A stretch of DNA of 64,000 nt from Eledone cirrhosa (taxonomy: Eukaryota): positions 241,056,001 through 241,120,000 of the forward strand of contig OZ024743.1 in the NCBI GenBank assembly GCA_964016885.1, read 5' to 3'. The notes under the pieces were generated by a model that saw only the letters and a program-made list of their open reading frames with translations, did not search any database and was not told where the DNA came from. Both the position numbers and the translations under genes were made by a program. Shown here in pieces: positions 41,515 through 54,016 of this stretch. Positions within the stretch are counted from its first letter, which is position 1. The number at the start of each line of letters is the position of its first letter.

Positions 41515-44128
41515 ATTAAATAAATGGAAAACTATATTTATAAAACCATATTTATTTCATTATATATATTTCGGGGATATCATATTAACAATATGCTATG
41601 CCTTCATCAGACAAAATACAATATAAACAGTTTTATAGATAAATAGATTCGACATACCGTAATAAACACCGACTTCATTTGAAGAGGTTTACGCTAGCAG
41701 TGAAAATTTTATACAGAGAGAAAGAAAGAGAGAAAAAAGAAAGAAAGACAAAACGAAGAAAAGGAAGAAAAAGAAGAAAAAGAAAAAGAAGAAATGCATG
41801 GAACAAAATAGAGAGATGGAAAGATAGATAAAGCGAAGAGCTTCATGTAAAGAAACAGAAAGAGATATATATATAGAGAGAGAGAGGAAATAGAGATAGA
41901 TACATATATATATAGAAAATTAGGTAGTGGGAGGTCATTTTGAGTAAGTGTATCAATGATACATTTATTTATTTATTTATTTATTTAGCTCAAGTATTAA
42001 TGTAAGGGAGATATATAGAGAAAGAAAAAAATATAGAGAGAGGAAAAAATAGGGAGAGAAAAAATTTAAAAATAGCCAGACATATTCGAGGCGTAAAAAA
42101 CCCTATGTTTTAATGTATTAGTATTTATAAAACTTACACTATATTGTAAATATCAGTATTCCTGAATGAAACAAGTATCCATAATGTGTGAGAATTAATT
42201 ATCTTATGTTTAGTTTTAAAAAAATCATATGTTTATGTGACAGCTACAAACATCCATGCGAATCCAACTGATTCACTCTGCAAACTCTAAGTTACCGGAA
42301 AACATTCTCAATGTGGTATAAAAATTTGAGCGTATTATTATTCCTGTCATTACTCTACAAGATTATCTATCAAGCAGAAATAGAGAGCAGATTTCAATAT
42401 ACTAATAAAAATATATATTATATTATAAACAAAACTAAAAATAAAAAGATAACAATAATAATAATAAGTAAAAATATAGAATAGAAAACTAAAAAAAAAA
42501 ATATTACGAAAGAATATTACATAATAAAAATATTACATATTAAAAATACTACGTATTAAAAAATATTACGTATTAAAAAAATTACATATTAAAGATATTA
42601 AAAATAAAATAAAAAATAAAAAAATATTATAGAATACTACAATACTAAAAAATAAAAATAAAAATAAAAATAAAAATAAAAATAAAAATAAAAATAAAAA
42701 TAAAAATAAAAATAAAAATAAAAATAAAAATAAAAATAAAAATAAAAATAAAAATAAAAATAAAAATAAAAATAAAAATAAAAATAAAAATAAAAATAAA
42801 AATAAAAATAAAAATAAAAATAAAAATAAAAATAAAAATAAAAATAAAAATAAAAATAAAAATAAAAATAAAAATAAAAATAAAAATAAAAATAAAAATA
42901 AAAATAAAAATAAAAATAAAAATAAAAATAAAAATAAAAATGAAAATAAACCACAAAGAACAACCCTTCAAAGTTAATTGACAATATATTGCCAAGTTCA
43001 TTACAAGACAAAGCCAAAAATGATCTATCAAATCACATCTAGCAAAGAACATTTCAAAAAGATTATGATGACCAATTAGGTCTACATATGTTCTTATATT
43101 TAATATAGAAGTTTATCTAGTGTAAGGTTAATTCAAAAAATTTGGAGCATCAGCTTTTAGGGTAGCTTAATTTTTCATGAGGAATGAAAGATTTAGGAAT
43201 CAAAAAATTTATCGGCTAGTTCTCATATAAATATAAATCAAACTAAATATACTACATTTTAAATTTAAATTTATATTTAAACGTTGAGTTTAATCTATGT
43301 TTGCAACAACTGAATAAATTTGTCCGTAGGTTAAGGGAATTTTTAGATTTTAGTATAAAGAATATCTCCTCTGCGCAGAGGTCACATGTCTCAGAGGATG
43401 AATTAAAAGGAATCCCTCTTGAGTCTATATTCCAAGCCGTCGAATATCTAACGTTATCTAGCTTAAGTTGCCAGAGTACGCCTGATAGTGCCGTTGAAGA
43501 TTTTTTACTTGGATCTGTGAAAGAATTCTTGTGGTTATTATAGCGAAGTTTAAATTCCGTCGATGTGGAACCGACGTAGTTAAAAGAATTAGAGTCAGTA
43601 TTAACATTACAATTGTATACTATATTTTTAACTAAGCAGTTGTTATTTAACGGACATTTAGATCTATCTCTACAGTTACATTTGTTAACTTGTATATTAT
43701 TTATGCTATTATCAGTAGGTTTTAAGTTCCTATTATTTATTCTATTAATATTTTGTGCTAAATTTTTGGTGGATGAGTAGGTTAATTTAATTGTATGCCT
43801 ATTGAAGATTGAGTGATACCTATGTGTTCTAGGGAAGCGATTATCAAGAGCTTTGAAAAATAATTTAGCGATGTGGGTTTTAATGTTTAGTGAGAAAGGG
43901 GGGGCAAACCAAATTATGTTCCTAGTTCTATTTCTTTTTTGTCCTTTGGAATTATTGTAATGCTTTCTATTATAGTTGTTAATGTTGTTGCCGTAATTAA
44001 AAAAGTTGTTACTTTGTTTAGTTTGTCTATCATTATCTATGTACACAATCTTATCAGCATATCCTGCCCTAGCTAGTGCATCATTATAGTACTGGGCCTT
44101 TTCGTCAAAAATCTTTCTATTCGACGAG
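41511..44128 (-). mobile_element. PLE3 inverted arm (thumb, GIY-YIG and 3' UTR)
   Basis: Reverse complement of 44201-46582; ORF 43252-44145. Confidence 0.92.
41553..41618 (-). ncRNA. Type-I hammerhead motif, PLE3 left arm
   Basis: Mirror of 46474-46539. Confidence 0.75.
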
Positions 44129-44143
44129 ACCCTAACCCTAACC
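44129..44143 (-). repeat. Telomeric (TTAGGG) x ~2.5 at the palindrome centre
   Basis: ACCCTAACCCTAACC lies between the two PLE3 arms. Confidence 0.75.
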
Positions 44144-46670
44144 ACCCCAGATCTGTCAAAAACACTATAGTAAACTCAGTCCAAAAACGTATCTCTAGGA
44201 TCTCGTCGAATAGAAAGATTTTTGACGAAAAGGCCCAGTACTATAATGATGCACTAGCTAGGGCAGGATATGCTGATAAGATTGTGTACATAGATAATGA
44301 TAGACAAACTAAACAAAGTAACAACTTTTTTAATTACGGCAACAACATTAACAACTATAATAGAAAGCATTACAATAATTCCAAAGGACAAAAAAGAAAT
44401 AGAACTAGGAACATAATTTGGTTTGCCCCCCCTTTCTCACTAAACATTAAAACCCACATCGCTAAATTATTTTTCAAAGCTCTTGATAATCGCTTCCCTA
44501 GAACACATAGGTATCACTCAATCTTCAATAGGCATACAATTAAATTAACCTACTCATCCACCAACAATTTAGCACAAAATATTAATAGAATAAATAATAG
44601 GAACTTAAAACCTACTGATAATAGCATAAATAATATACAAGTTAACAAATGTAACTGTAGAGATAGATCTAAATGTCCGTTAAATAACAACTGCTTAGTT
44701 AAAAATATAGTATACAATTGTAATGTTAATACTGACTCTAATTCTTTTAACTACGTCGGTTCCGAATCGACGGAATTTAAACTTCGCTATAATAACCACA
44801 AGAATTCTTTCACAGATCCAAGTAAAAAATCTTCAACGGCACTATCAGGCGTACTCTGGCAACTTAAGCTAGATAACGTTAGATATTCGACGGCTTGGAA
44901 TATAGTCTCAAGAGGGATTCCTTTTAATTCATCCTCTGAGACATGTGACCTCTGCGCAGAGGAGATATTCTTTATACTAAAATCTAAAAATTCCCTTAAC
45001 CTACGGACAAATTTATTCAGTTGTTGCAAACATAGATTAAACTCAACGTTTAAATATAAATTTAAATTTAAAATGTAGTATATTTAGTTTGATTTATATT
45101 TATATGAGAACTAGCCGATAAATTTTTTGATTCCTAAATCTTTCATTCCTCATGAAAAATTAAGCTACCCTAAAAGCTGATGCTCCAAATTTTTTGAATT
45201 AACCTTACACTAGATAAACTTCTATATTAAATATAAGAACATATGTAGACCTAATTGGACATCATAATCTTTTTGAAATGTTCTTTGCTAGATGTGATTT
45301 GATGGATAATTTTTGGCTTTGTCTTGTAATGAACTTGGCAATATATTGTCAATTAACTTTGAAGGGTTGTTCTTTGTGGTTTATTTTCATTTTTATTTTT
45401 ATTTTTATTTTTATTTTTATTTTTATTTTTTAGTATTGTAGTATTCTATAATATTTTTTTATTTTTTTTTTATTTTTTATTTTATTTTTAATATCTTTAA
45501 TATGTAAATTTTTTAATACGTAATATTTTTTAATACGTAGTATTTTTAATATGTAATATTTTTATTATGTAATATTCTTTCGTAATATTTTTTTTTTTAG
45601 TTTTCTATTCTATATTTTTACTTATTATTATTATTGTTATCTTTTTATTTTTAGTTTTGTTTATAATATAATATATATTTTTATTAGTATATTGAAATCT
45701 GCTCTCTATTTCTGCTTGATAGATAATCTTGTAGAGTAATGACAGGAATAATAATACGCTCAAATTTTTATACCACATTGAGAATGTTTTCCGGTAACTT
45801 GGAGTTTGCAGAGTGAATCAGTTGGATTCGCATGGATGTTTGTAGCTGTCACATAAACATATGCATTTTTTAAAACTAAACATAAGATAATTAATTCTCA
45901 CACATTATGGATACTTGTTTCATTCAGGAATACTGATATTTACAATATAGTGTAAGTTTTATAAATACTAATACATTAAAACATAGGGTTTTTTACGCCT
46001 CGAATATGTCTGGCTATTTTTAAATTTTTTCTCTCGCTATTTTTTCCTCTCTCTATATTTTTTTTTTCTTTCTCTATATATCTCCCTTACATTAATACTT
46101 GAGCTAAATAAATAAATAAATAAATAAATGTATCATTGATACACTTACTCAAAATGACCTCCCACTACCTAATTTTCTATATATATATGTATCTATCTCT
46201 ATTTCCTCTCTCTCTATATATATATATCTCTTTCTGTTTCTTTACATGAAGCTCTTCGCTTTATCTATCTTTCCATCTCTCTATTTTGTTCCATGCATTT
46301 CTTCTTTTTCTTTTTCTTCTTTTTCTTCCTTTTCTTCGTTTTGTCTTTCTTTCTTTTTTCTCTCTTTCTTTCTCTCTGTATAAAATTTTCACTGCTAGCG
46401 TAAACCTCTTCAAATGAAGTCGGTGTTTATTACGGTATGTCGAATCTATTTATCTATAAAACTGTTTATATTGTATTTTGTCTGATGAAGGCATAGCATA
46501 TTGTTAATATGATATCCCCGAAATATATATAATGAAATAAATATGGTTTTATAAATATAGTTTTCCATTTATTTAATATTGTAAATATACTCCAAATATT
46601 TGTCGAGTGCTTTTATATCAGTTATAAATATTTACTAGTTGTAACCCAACAATTTTAAATATAACTTTAC
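44143..46670 (+). mobile_element. Penelope-like element PLE3 (Nematis-like), 5'-truncated at the thumb
   Basis: HPRSVKNTIVNSVQKRISRISS, AGY, RNIIWFAPPFS, CNCRDRSKCPLNNNC, IVYNC...YVGS..FKLRYNNH, CDLC.EE, LNLR...CKH; 1.6-kb 3' UTR ending in (TA)n. Clade assigned from memory of motifs. Confidence 0.9.
46474..46539 (+). ncRNA. Type-I hammerhead motif in the PLE3 3' UTR
   Basis: TATTTTGT-CTGATGA-AGGCATAGCATATT gtt AATATGATATCCCC-GAAA-TATATA-TA-ATGAAATA: 8-bp stem I (two G-U pairs), interrupted stem II, palindromic stem III, AUA triplet. Confidence 0.8.
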
Positions 46671-46853
46671 ATATATATATATATATATATATATATAAAG
46701 AGAGAGAGAGAAAGACAAGGCTCTGGAAATCTCTACGGTTTCGGTCGTTTAAAGTCGGTACCTTTCATTCCAGTGCACATTGTGACATAACAAAACGGGT
46801 AGAGACATATTATGCCTTTAGGCAAATTACACAAATATATTTTTCTCACATCT

Positions 46854-47165
<312 letters not shown>

Positions 47166-47204
47166 CGAAACATAAGTCAATTGCATGAACTCATAATCCT
47201 TTAT

Positions 47205-47264
47205 TTACTGTTATATATATTTCGATGATAGCCATTGAATGGCTATGACCTCATCAGGCAGTTA
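47205..47264 (-). ncRNA. Type-I hammerhead motif in a 260-bp insert (47161-47421) between (TA)n arrays
   Basis: Reverse complement ACTGC-CTGATGA-GGTCATAGCCATTCAATGGCTATCATC-GAAA-TATATA-TA-ACAGT: stem II ATAGCCAT/ATGGCTAT, stem I ACTG/CAGT. Confidence 0.75.
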
Positions 47265-47419
47265 GTCAGTTCTTAGATATGCCAGCTCTGTGTTTATGGT
47301 GTCGATGGTATCAGAGCCTTGGGACATATGAGCTTGTTAGGAATAATTTAATGTTGTCAGCAGGAATAGTCTTAATTCTCATTGGTCAGTTTGTAGATGC
47401 TAGTAGGGTTGGCATTTGA

Positions 47420-47486
<67 letters not shown>

Positions 47487-47529
47487 TATATATATAGATA
47501 TATATATACACATATACATATATATATGC

Positions 47530-47585
<56 letters not shown>

Positions 47586-47817
47586 TCATACTTTGCTCGA
47601 GGGTAATATCGAGATTGGCGATGGCTTATTTTTCTTTCCAAGCAATCTAATTTCAATCACAGACACTTTTGTAATGTTTAACAATAGAACTTATGATTTC
47701 TTAATGAGATTTTGACGCGTTAGCTAAATAGAGTTAACTGCCTTGCCGAAGAATATAATACGGCGCTTGCAGTGGCAGATAAATATATAACAACAGCAGC
47801 AGCGACAATAAAGGTAA

Positions 47818-47820
47818 CAA

Positions 47821-47872
<52 letters not shown>

Positions 47873-47882
47873 TGTAGTAGTA

Positions 47883-47929
<47 letters not shown>

Positions 47930-47930
47930 T

Positions 47931-47960
<30 letters not shown>
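47818..47960. repeat. (AGT)n followed by (AAT)n
   Basis: Directly visible. Confidence 0.92.
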
Positions 47961-47961
<1 letters not shown>

Positions 47962-48339
47962 TAATGGAAGATTAAATATCTTGGTTAAATAACGTTCCAG
48001 CGCGCTTATTCTATTGATGAACAAAATATCGATTTATTGATTGCCGATTACATTCTTCCAGTCAATGTGTAAAACAATAGCTGAAGCTCAATGGAATATT
48101 TTGGCTGAGAGGAGAGCTAGATGTGACGTCATAGATATATCATAGGGTTTTGTAATTTGCAGCAGCCAGTTATGGGGGCTGGGGGAAGTAGGGGGTAAAT
48201 ACGATAAAGCTAAACTGCCGTTCATTAGTTTAGTTCCGCAAGGAATTGAACTGTGAAAAGTAAAGGGACGTAACTAAAATACAAAATACCCTGCGGTATT
48301 TCATATTTTAGTATCGGTTTTTATTATTATTATTATAAT

Positions 48340-48527
48340 AGGATTGGCAGTATCGGTAGAGGGTCGGAAACCATGCTTTCCAGCATAGTTACGTCCCTTT
48401 ACGATCTGAGTTCAAATCCCGCCGAGGTTGACTTTGCCTTTCATCCTTACGGGGTCGATAAAATAAAGTACCAGTAATACACTGGATAATTGCTGGCCTT
48501 GTGCCAAAAAGTAGAAACAATTATTAT
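48340..48527 (+). mobile_element. Family-A SINE
   Basis: TTGGCAGTATCGGTAGAGGGTCGG...GAGTTCAAATCCCGCCGAGGTTGACTTTGCCTTTCATCCTTACGGGGTCGATAAAATAAAGTACCAG...GTAGAAACAATTATT. Confidence 0.9.
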
Positions 48528-48585
48528 AATAAATAAATAAAGAAAGAAATCATTATTATTATTATTATTATTATTATTGTTGTTG

Positions 48586-51500
48586 TTCTTTGAGTCTCAG
48601 TCATTGATGTTATTTAACTGGAAAGTTTGTTGAAATGAATATCAAGCCGTTACCTGCAGCCTCAGATATTCAGGACGTATCGGAGGGTTCTTGCTGTTCC
48701 CAGCAAGCATGGCTTTTGAAGTGATCCAAAAAGCGTAGCTAGACTAATCTTCTTTAACCATCCTTGGAAACTTATTGAGATAGTACCTAGTGCGCCTATG
48801 ACAATCGGGACGACCTTGACTTCATGGCAGTTCCAAATCCTTTTTAAATCCCACTTTAAATCCTGGTATCGGTTAATTTTACCCGTCTCCTTTTCTTGCA
48901 CTCTCGTGTCAAATGGGCAGGCTACATCTACAATCAGGCACGATCTTTTTTCCTTGTCCAAAACCACCAGGTCAGGCCTATTGTGTTCCAGTATCTTATC
49001 GGTCTGTATCCTAAAATCCCACCTTCACCTGATCGTTTTCTATCCTCGACTCTGGCTTATGCTCATACCACTTCTCAGAATGTGGTAAATTGTTTACTTT
49101 GCATAGGTGCCAGCGGATCACCCTGCCCATTACATCATGTCTCCAGCTTTTATAGTGAGTCTGGGCTAGGTGTTTACACTCGGATACAATGTGAGCCACA
49201 GTCTCCTCTCTATCTCCACAGATCCTACACAGTGGGCTAACCTCCTCCTTGTAAATATGGTGTTTCACCCATTTCGTTCTGAGGGCCTGCTCTTGTGCAG
49301 CCATTAGCATTCCTTCTGTAGCCTTTTTAAGGTCTCTTTTAACCAGTTCCATGTCTGTGGATCTCTAAATTTAGTTTTCTTAAAGAAGGTACAATGAAGG
49401 GATTTTTCATGAAGGTTGCTCTTCCTCCTTGTTATTTCCTCCTTGGATATCCCCTGGTCCATTGTCTTCTCCTTCATTACAATTTTCAGCATTGGCTCCC
49501 TACTCTCAGTCACGTATTTGTGCAGGTTGTTTTTCTCCATCTGAACACAGTCCTCTATGCTGATAAGACCTCTTCCACCTTCAGATCTCCTTAAGTAGAG
49601 TCTATCGACATTACTCCTCTTGTGGAACATGTTGTAGATAGTCAATAGCTTCCTAGTTTTCCTATCCATTTCTGTTTGTTCAGCAACATTTCAGAATTCC
49701 CGCAATATATCTAATAATAGACACAGCTCGGGAATTCACTGCACTTATGACATTCCTACTATTTAGACATGATTTTAATACGCTCCTTACTCTCCTAATG
49801 TACTCAGAGCTTATCAATTCATTCATTCTTTTGTTCTTGATGTCATCTGCCTCCAGAACACCTAAATAATTGTATCCTTCTTCAGTGTCAATTTCCTTTA
49901 TCATCTCACCTGTTGGTACCTGGATTCCGTTGCTTCTGCTCAATGTATTCCTCTTCCTCACTAGGACTCCACACTTATTAATACCAAATTGTAGACATAT
50001 ATCATTGCTGAAAATATGGACAGTGTCAACAAGTACATCCAACTCGTTCTCACTCTTCCCAAAGAGTTTAAGATCGTCCATGAAGAGGAGGTGGTTGATG
50101 GTAAGCTCTCCTTTTCCCAACTTGTATCCTGCTCTCACTTTTTGCAATATCATGGTCAGGGGTATCAGGGCAAGGAAAAACATCAGAGGGGACAAACTAT
50201 CTCCCTGGAAGATACCTCTCTTGATCTTCACGCCTCCCAGGGTTTCTCCACTCGGTATTAACTCTGTTTTCCAGGACATCATACTTTTGCTCAACAACTG
50301 TCTGATGTTATCTGCCACCTTGAAGATCTCTAGGCTTTTGGTTATCCAAGAACGAGGTACCATGTCAAATGCCTTTTTGTAGTCTATCCATCCCATGGCA
50401 AGACCAGTGTGTCTCCTCCTGCTCATTACCATCTTGTCAATAAGTAACTGGTCATTTGTATCACGGAAGTTTTTCGGCATCCTTTCTGTGCGTCCGGTAA
50501 CAAGTTGTTTATGTGGAGATGATGGTAGATTTCCTCAGACACAATGCGTGTTAACAGTTTCCACATTACGGACAGACATGTGATAGGTCTATAGTTGGTA
50601 ACATCATTACCCTTGATTCGGTCTTTCATTACCAGAACTGTGGTACCTTTTGTCAACCACTCTAGTACCTCACCCCACATCAAGCAGTCATTGAACATGG
50701 TTGTCAGTTTCGGGTGGAGGGATGTTATATTTTTAATCGAATACCCCTGCACACCATCTGGGCCTGGTGATTTCCAGCTGGTTAGTTTTTTGGCCTGCCC
50801 TTTAAGAGTTTCAACTGTGATACACAAATCAGTTTGTTGGTGTGCTTGTTCACTAATATCCTTTTGTACTGTCTCAATCCACACTGCCTGACTATTATGT
50901 TCAACATCCTGCTCCCATATTCCTCTCCAGAATCTCTTAGTCTGTTCCGCCTCAGGTATCAAGTCGTTGCGTCTTTCTTTCCCTTCAAGCTGTTCAAACA
51001 ACGTCTTCTGGTTGTTGTCAAATATGTGGTTCTGTCTATACTGACTGACTTTGCTCTTATACCGCCTAATCTTTGCACTTTTTGCTACAATGCATTGCTT
51101 CAGTTCCTCTATGATAATATTTAGCTTTTTCCCCCTAGTTTTGTACTTTATTTCCAATCTATTTTTAGTGTCTATGTTTTGTAATGTCCCATTCAGTAGG
51201 GACACAAGCTTTCCAATGTCTTTTCTCATTTCCTTGATTTGACCATTCACTCGTTTCTTTCACCAAGGTTCTGATCTTTCTTGTTTGTTGTTTCCTCTCC
51301 TTTTTATGCCAAGTAATTTCCTCACAGTATTTGCTGTTGCTTTGCGGATATTGTTGCATTGGTGAAGGTTCCTCGCCTCAAGGTATGAGATGACTTTGTT
51401 TACCTTAGGTGTTGGTTCTTTTAACTTTTTCTTGTCTACAAATCCTAGGTTCATAGGTTTCCACTATCATTGTTCCTTTCATCTACCACTAAGTTCAGGA

Positions 51501-52200
51501 TATCAACCAAATCGTGTCCTAGCTCGTCAGCATTCATTTCCTCAATGGCCGTATCTTTGTTCCCGATGTTATTTATTTCAGCATTCAGATCATTGTCTGC
51601 TTCGGATGCTTCCTCAGGTCTCTCAACCTCTTCACCTTCATTTCCCACTGGCTCGTTTGCCTGAGATACCCACTCTCCATTTCCAACTTAATATCTCTGT
51701 TCAGTTCCTCCAGTACCAACTAGCTTATCCATCCATTAGTTCTTATTACCCGAGCCTGCCCGGCCAATTTTTGTTCATCTAATTTAAATCGACCAATCTC
51801 GTTCCAGATGTTATGTATCTGTTTCCTATAGCCTTTTTCCATGGGGTCACTCTTCAGGTAACATTCCATGACAATTCTATTCAATTCTTTCGTCCAGTTG
51901 GTTCTTGTCCCTTTCCTTCTTCTTCTTCCTCCAACACCAGCAGTATTTGGATGACAGCTAGGTCCCTGCTGCTGGGCCAGGGATCATTTGCTGGGTGAGA
52001 GTCTTTCACATGACGTTCCAGTCTCGTCTTCACCGTTATTCGAACTGTTTAGGTTAAACATGTAAACAGTCATATCGAGGACTGGTGAATGTATGGTTAC
52101 ATAGCCACCGGTGATTTCATCACCCCCAGTGATTTCATCTCCCTCAGTGATTTCATCACCCCCAGTGATTTTAGCGTGGCACCATCACGCTGTAGACGAA
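48586..52200 (-). mobile_element. R4/Dong-like non-LTR retrotransposon (RT, CCHC and restriction-like endonuclease), decayed, near full length
   Basis: KSPGPDG, YRPITC, WIDYKKAFD, GIFQGDSLSP, HLLFMDDLKL, EGGRGL, CRIC...ETVAHIVSEC, RHD, RPDLVV..LIVDVACP..K...Y; 3' end in (TAA)n/(CAA)n; 18-bp x3 repeat in the 5' UTR (52111-52170). The 5' boundary is approximate. Confidence 0.92.
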
Positions 52201-52504
52201 CATAAATAAATAAACAAACAAATAGATAAAAACTTAAAAAAATAAACATAAGTTTCATTGTAATGTTTGAATGTCTGACTTAGTTTTTTTAATTTTTTTT
52301 ATTTTTTTGTTTTTCAAGGCCAGTAACATTGGTTACTAGTGTTGTTGTTGCTGCTGCTGCTGTTTTTTATTTTAGCTACGAGGGAAGTAGGGGTTGTTGC
52401 GTTCAAAACTTTTGAAATTTGTTTTTCTTTTGTTGTTGCATTTGTTTTTGTCTGTGTTCTGTTCTGTAATTTTTCGACTTGTTGCTTATCATTATTATTA
52501 TTGT

Positions 52505-52935
52505 AGCGGTGGCTATGGTAGTATCGGTAGAGGGTCGGACACCATGCTTTCCAGCATAGTTACGTCCCTTTACGATCTGAGTTCAAATCCCGCCGAGGTT
52601 GACTTTGCCTTTCATCCTTACGGGGTCAATAAAATAACGTACCAGTAATGAACTGGGTAATTGCTGGTCTTGTGCCTGAAGTAGAAACAATTATTATTAT
52701 TTTGCCTTTCATCCTTACTGGGTCGATAAAATAAAGTACCAGTAATACACTGGGAGAATTGCTGGCCTTGTGCCAAAAGTAGAAACAATTATTATGGCCC
52801 TTTCCCTTCTGAGTTCAAATCCCGCCGAGGTTAACTTTACCTTTCATCCTTACGGGGTCGATAAAATAAAGTACCAGTAATACACTGGTTTATTGCTGGG
52901 CTTGTGCCAAAAGTAGAAACAATTATTATTATTAT
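52505..52935 (+). mobile_element. Three head-to-tail family-A SINE units (one full, two 5'-truncated)
   Basis: Core and tail repeated at 52505-52700, 52701-52795 and 52806-52935. Confidence 0.88.
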
Positions 52936-53604
52936 ATTATAGTTTAGATTTGACATCGTTTAAACTAAACATTTTGAAAGAGTTTAGAGATACAACAACA
53001 ATAATAATAATTATTTTTTTGGTGTTGTTATTAGCTGTTTGATCGGTTCACTAAATCAGTCTATTTATATCTTTTGATATCTTTTGGTGACTTCCTCGCA
53101 TCTAGTCATGTGTCGTGGCACTACTACCATCCCTCTCTTAACAGGAGGTAGTAGGGGAATAGTGTTGGTAGCGATGATGCAGTGGTGACGGTGGTGATTG
53201 GATAGTAATACTGTAGTGATGGTATTGTGATGGTGTTGTTGTAGCTGTTGGTTTGTATGTAGCTAAATTGTTTGTGATGGTTCTGTCGGCGCGGGTGGTG
53301 AAATTATTTGGTTGTTGTTTTTTTTCCTTCCATTTGTGATCATTTGTAACCATTTTCTTTTTTTACTATAAAATTTCTGATACAAAATTAAATATTAAAA
53401 ATTGAAGCCCTATGCCATAATTTTAAGCGTTGTCACTTCCTGAGAGCCAAGACTGGTATATTATGTCCCATTTGTAATAAGAATTATTCTATCACAATTG
53501 TTTTAAATATGTAAAAAATCAAAACCTTACGGGAGTGATTCCATAACACTCTATCCACCATGTGCGTATACTCCCCTATTATATTATTATTATTGTTCAT
53601 TGCC

Positions 53605-53731
53605 ATTCTTAGTTCAAATCCTGCCGAGGTTAACTTTGCCTTTCATTCTTACGGGGTCGATAAAATGAAGTACCAGTAATGCACTGAGTAATTGCTGGCC
53701 TTGTGCCAAAAGTAGAAACAATTATTATTAT
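53605..53731 (+). mobile_element. 5'-truncated family-A SINE
   Basis: AGTTCAAATCCTGCCGAGG...AGTAGAAACAATTATT. Confidence 0.88.
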
Positions 53732-54016
53732 TGTTCTTTGAGTCTCAGTCATTGATGTTATTTAACTGGAAAGTTTGTTGAAATGAATATCAAGCCACTA
53801 CCTGCAGCCTCAGATATTCAGGACGTATCGGAGGGTTCTGGCTGTTCCCAGCAAGCATGCCTTTTGAAGTGTTCCAAAAAGCGGGTCTGGACTAATTTTC
53901 TTTTACCATCCTTGGAAACTCTTTGAGATAGTACCTAGTGCACCTATGACAATCGGGACCACTTTGACTTCATGGCAGTTCCAAATCCTTTTAACCTGCC
54001 ACTTTAAGTCCTGGTA
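53732..54016 (-). mobile_element. 3' fragment of the R4/Dong-like LINE
   Basis: Matches 48586-48869 with scattered mismatches; (ATT)n on both sides. Confidence 0.9.

Noticed and set aside
48340-48430. tRNA gene
   Set aside because: Only a tRNA-derived SINE head; no cloverleaf could be built, and it continues into SINE body and tail.
52040-52200. HDV-like ribozyme at the R4-type 5' end
   Set aside because: Plausible by precedent, but the nested double pseudoknot could not be built by eye; needs an RNArobo or Infernal search.
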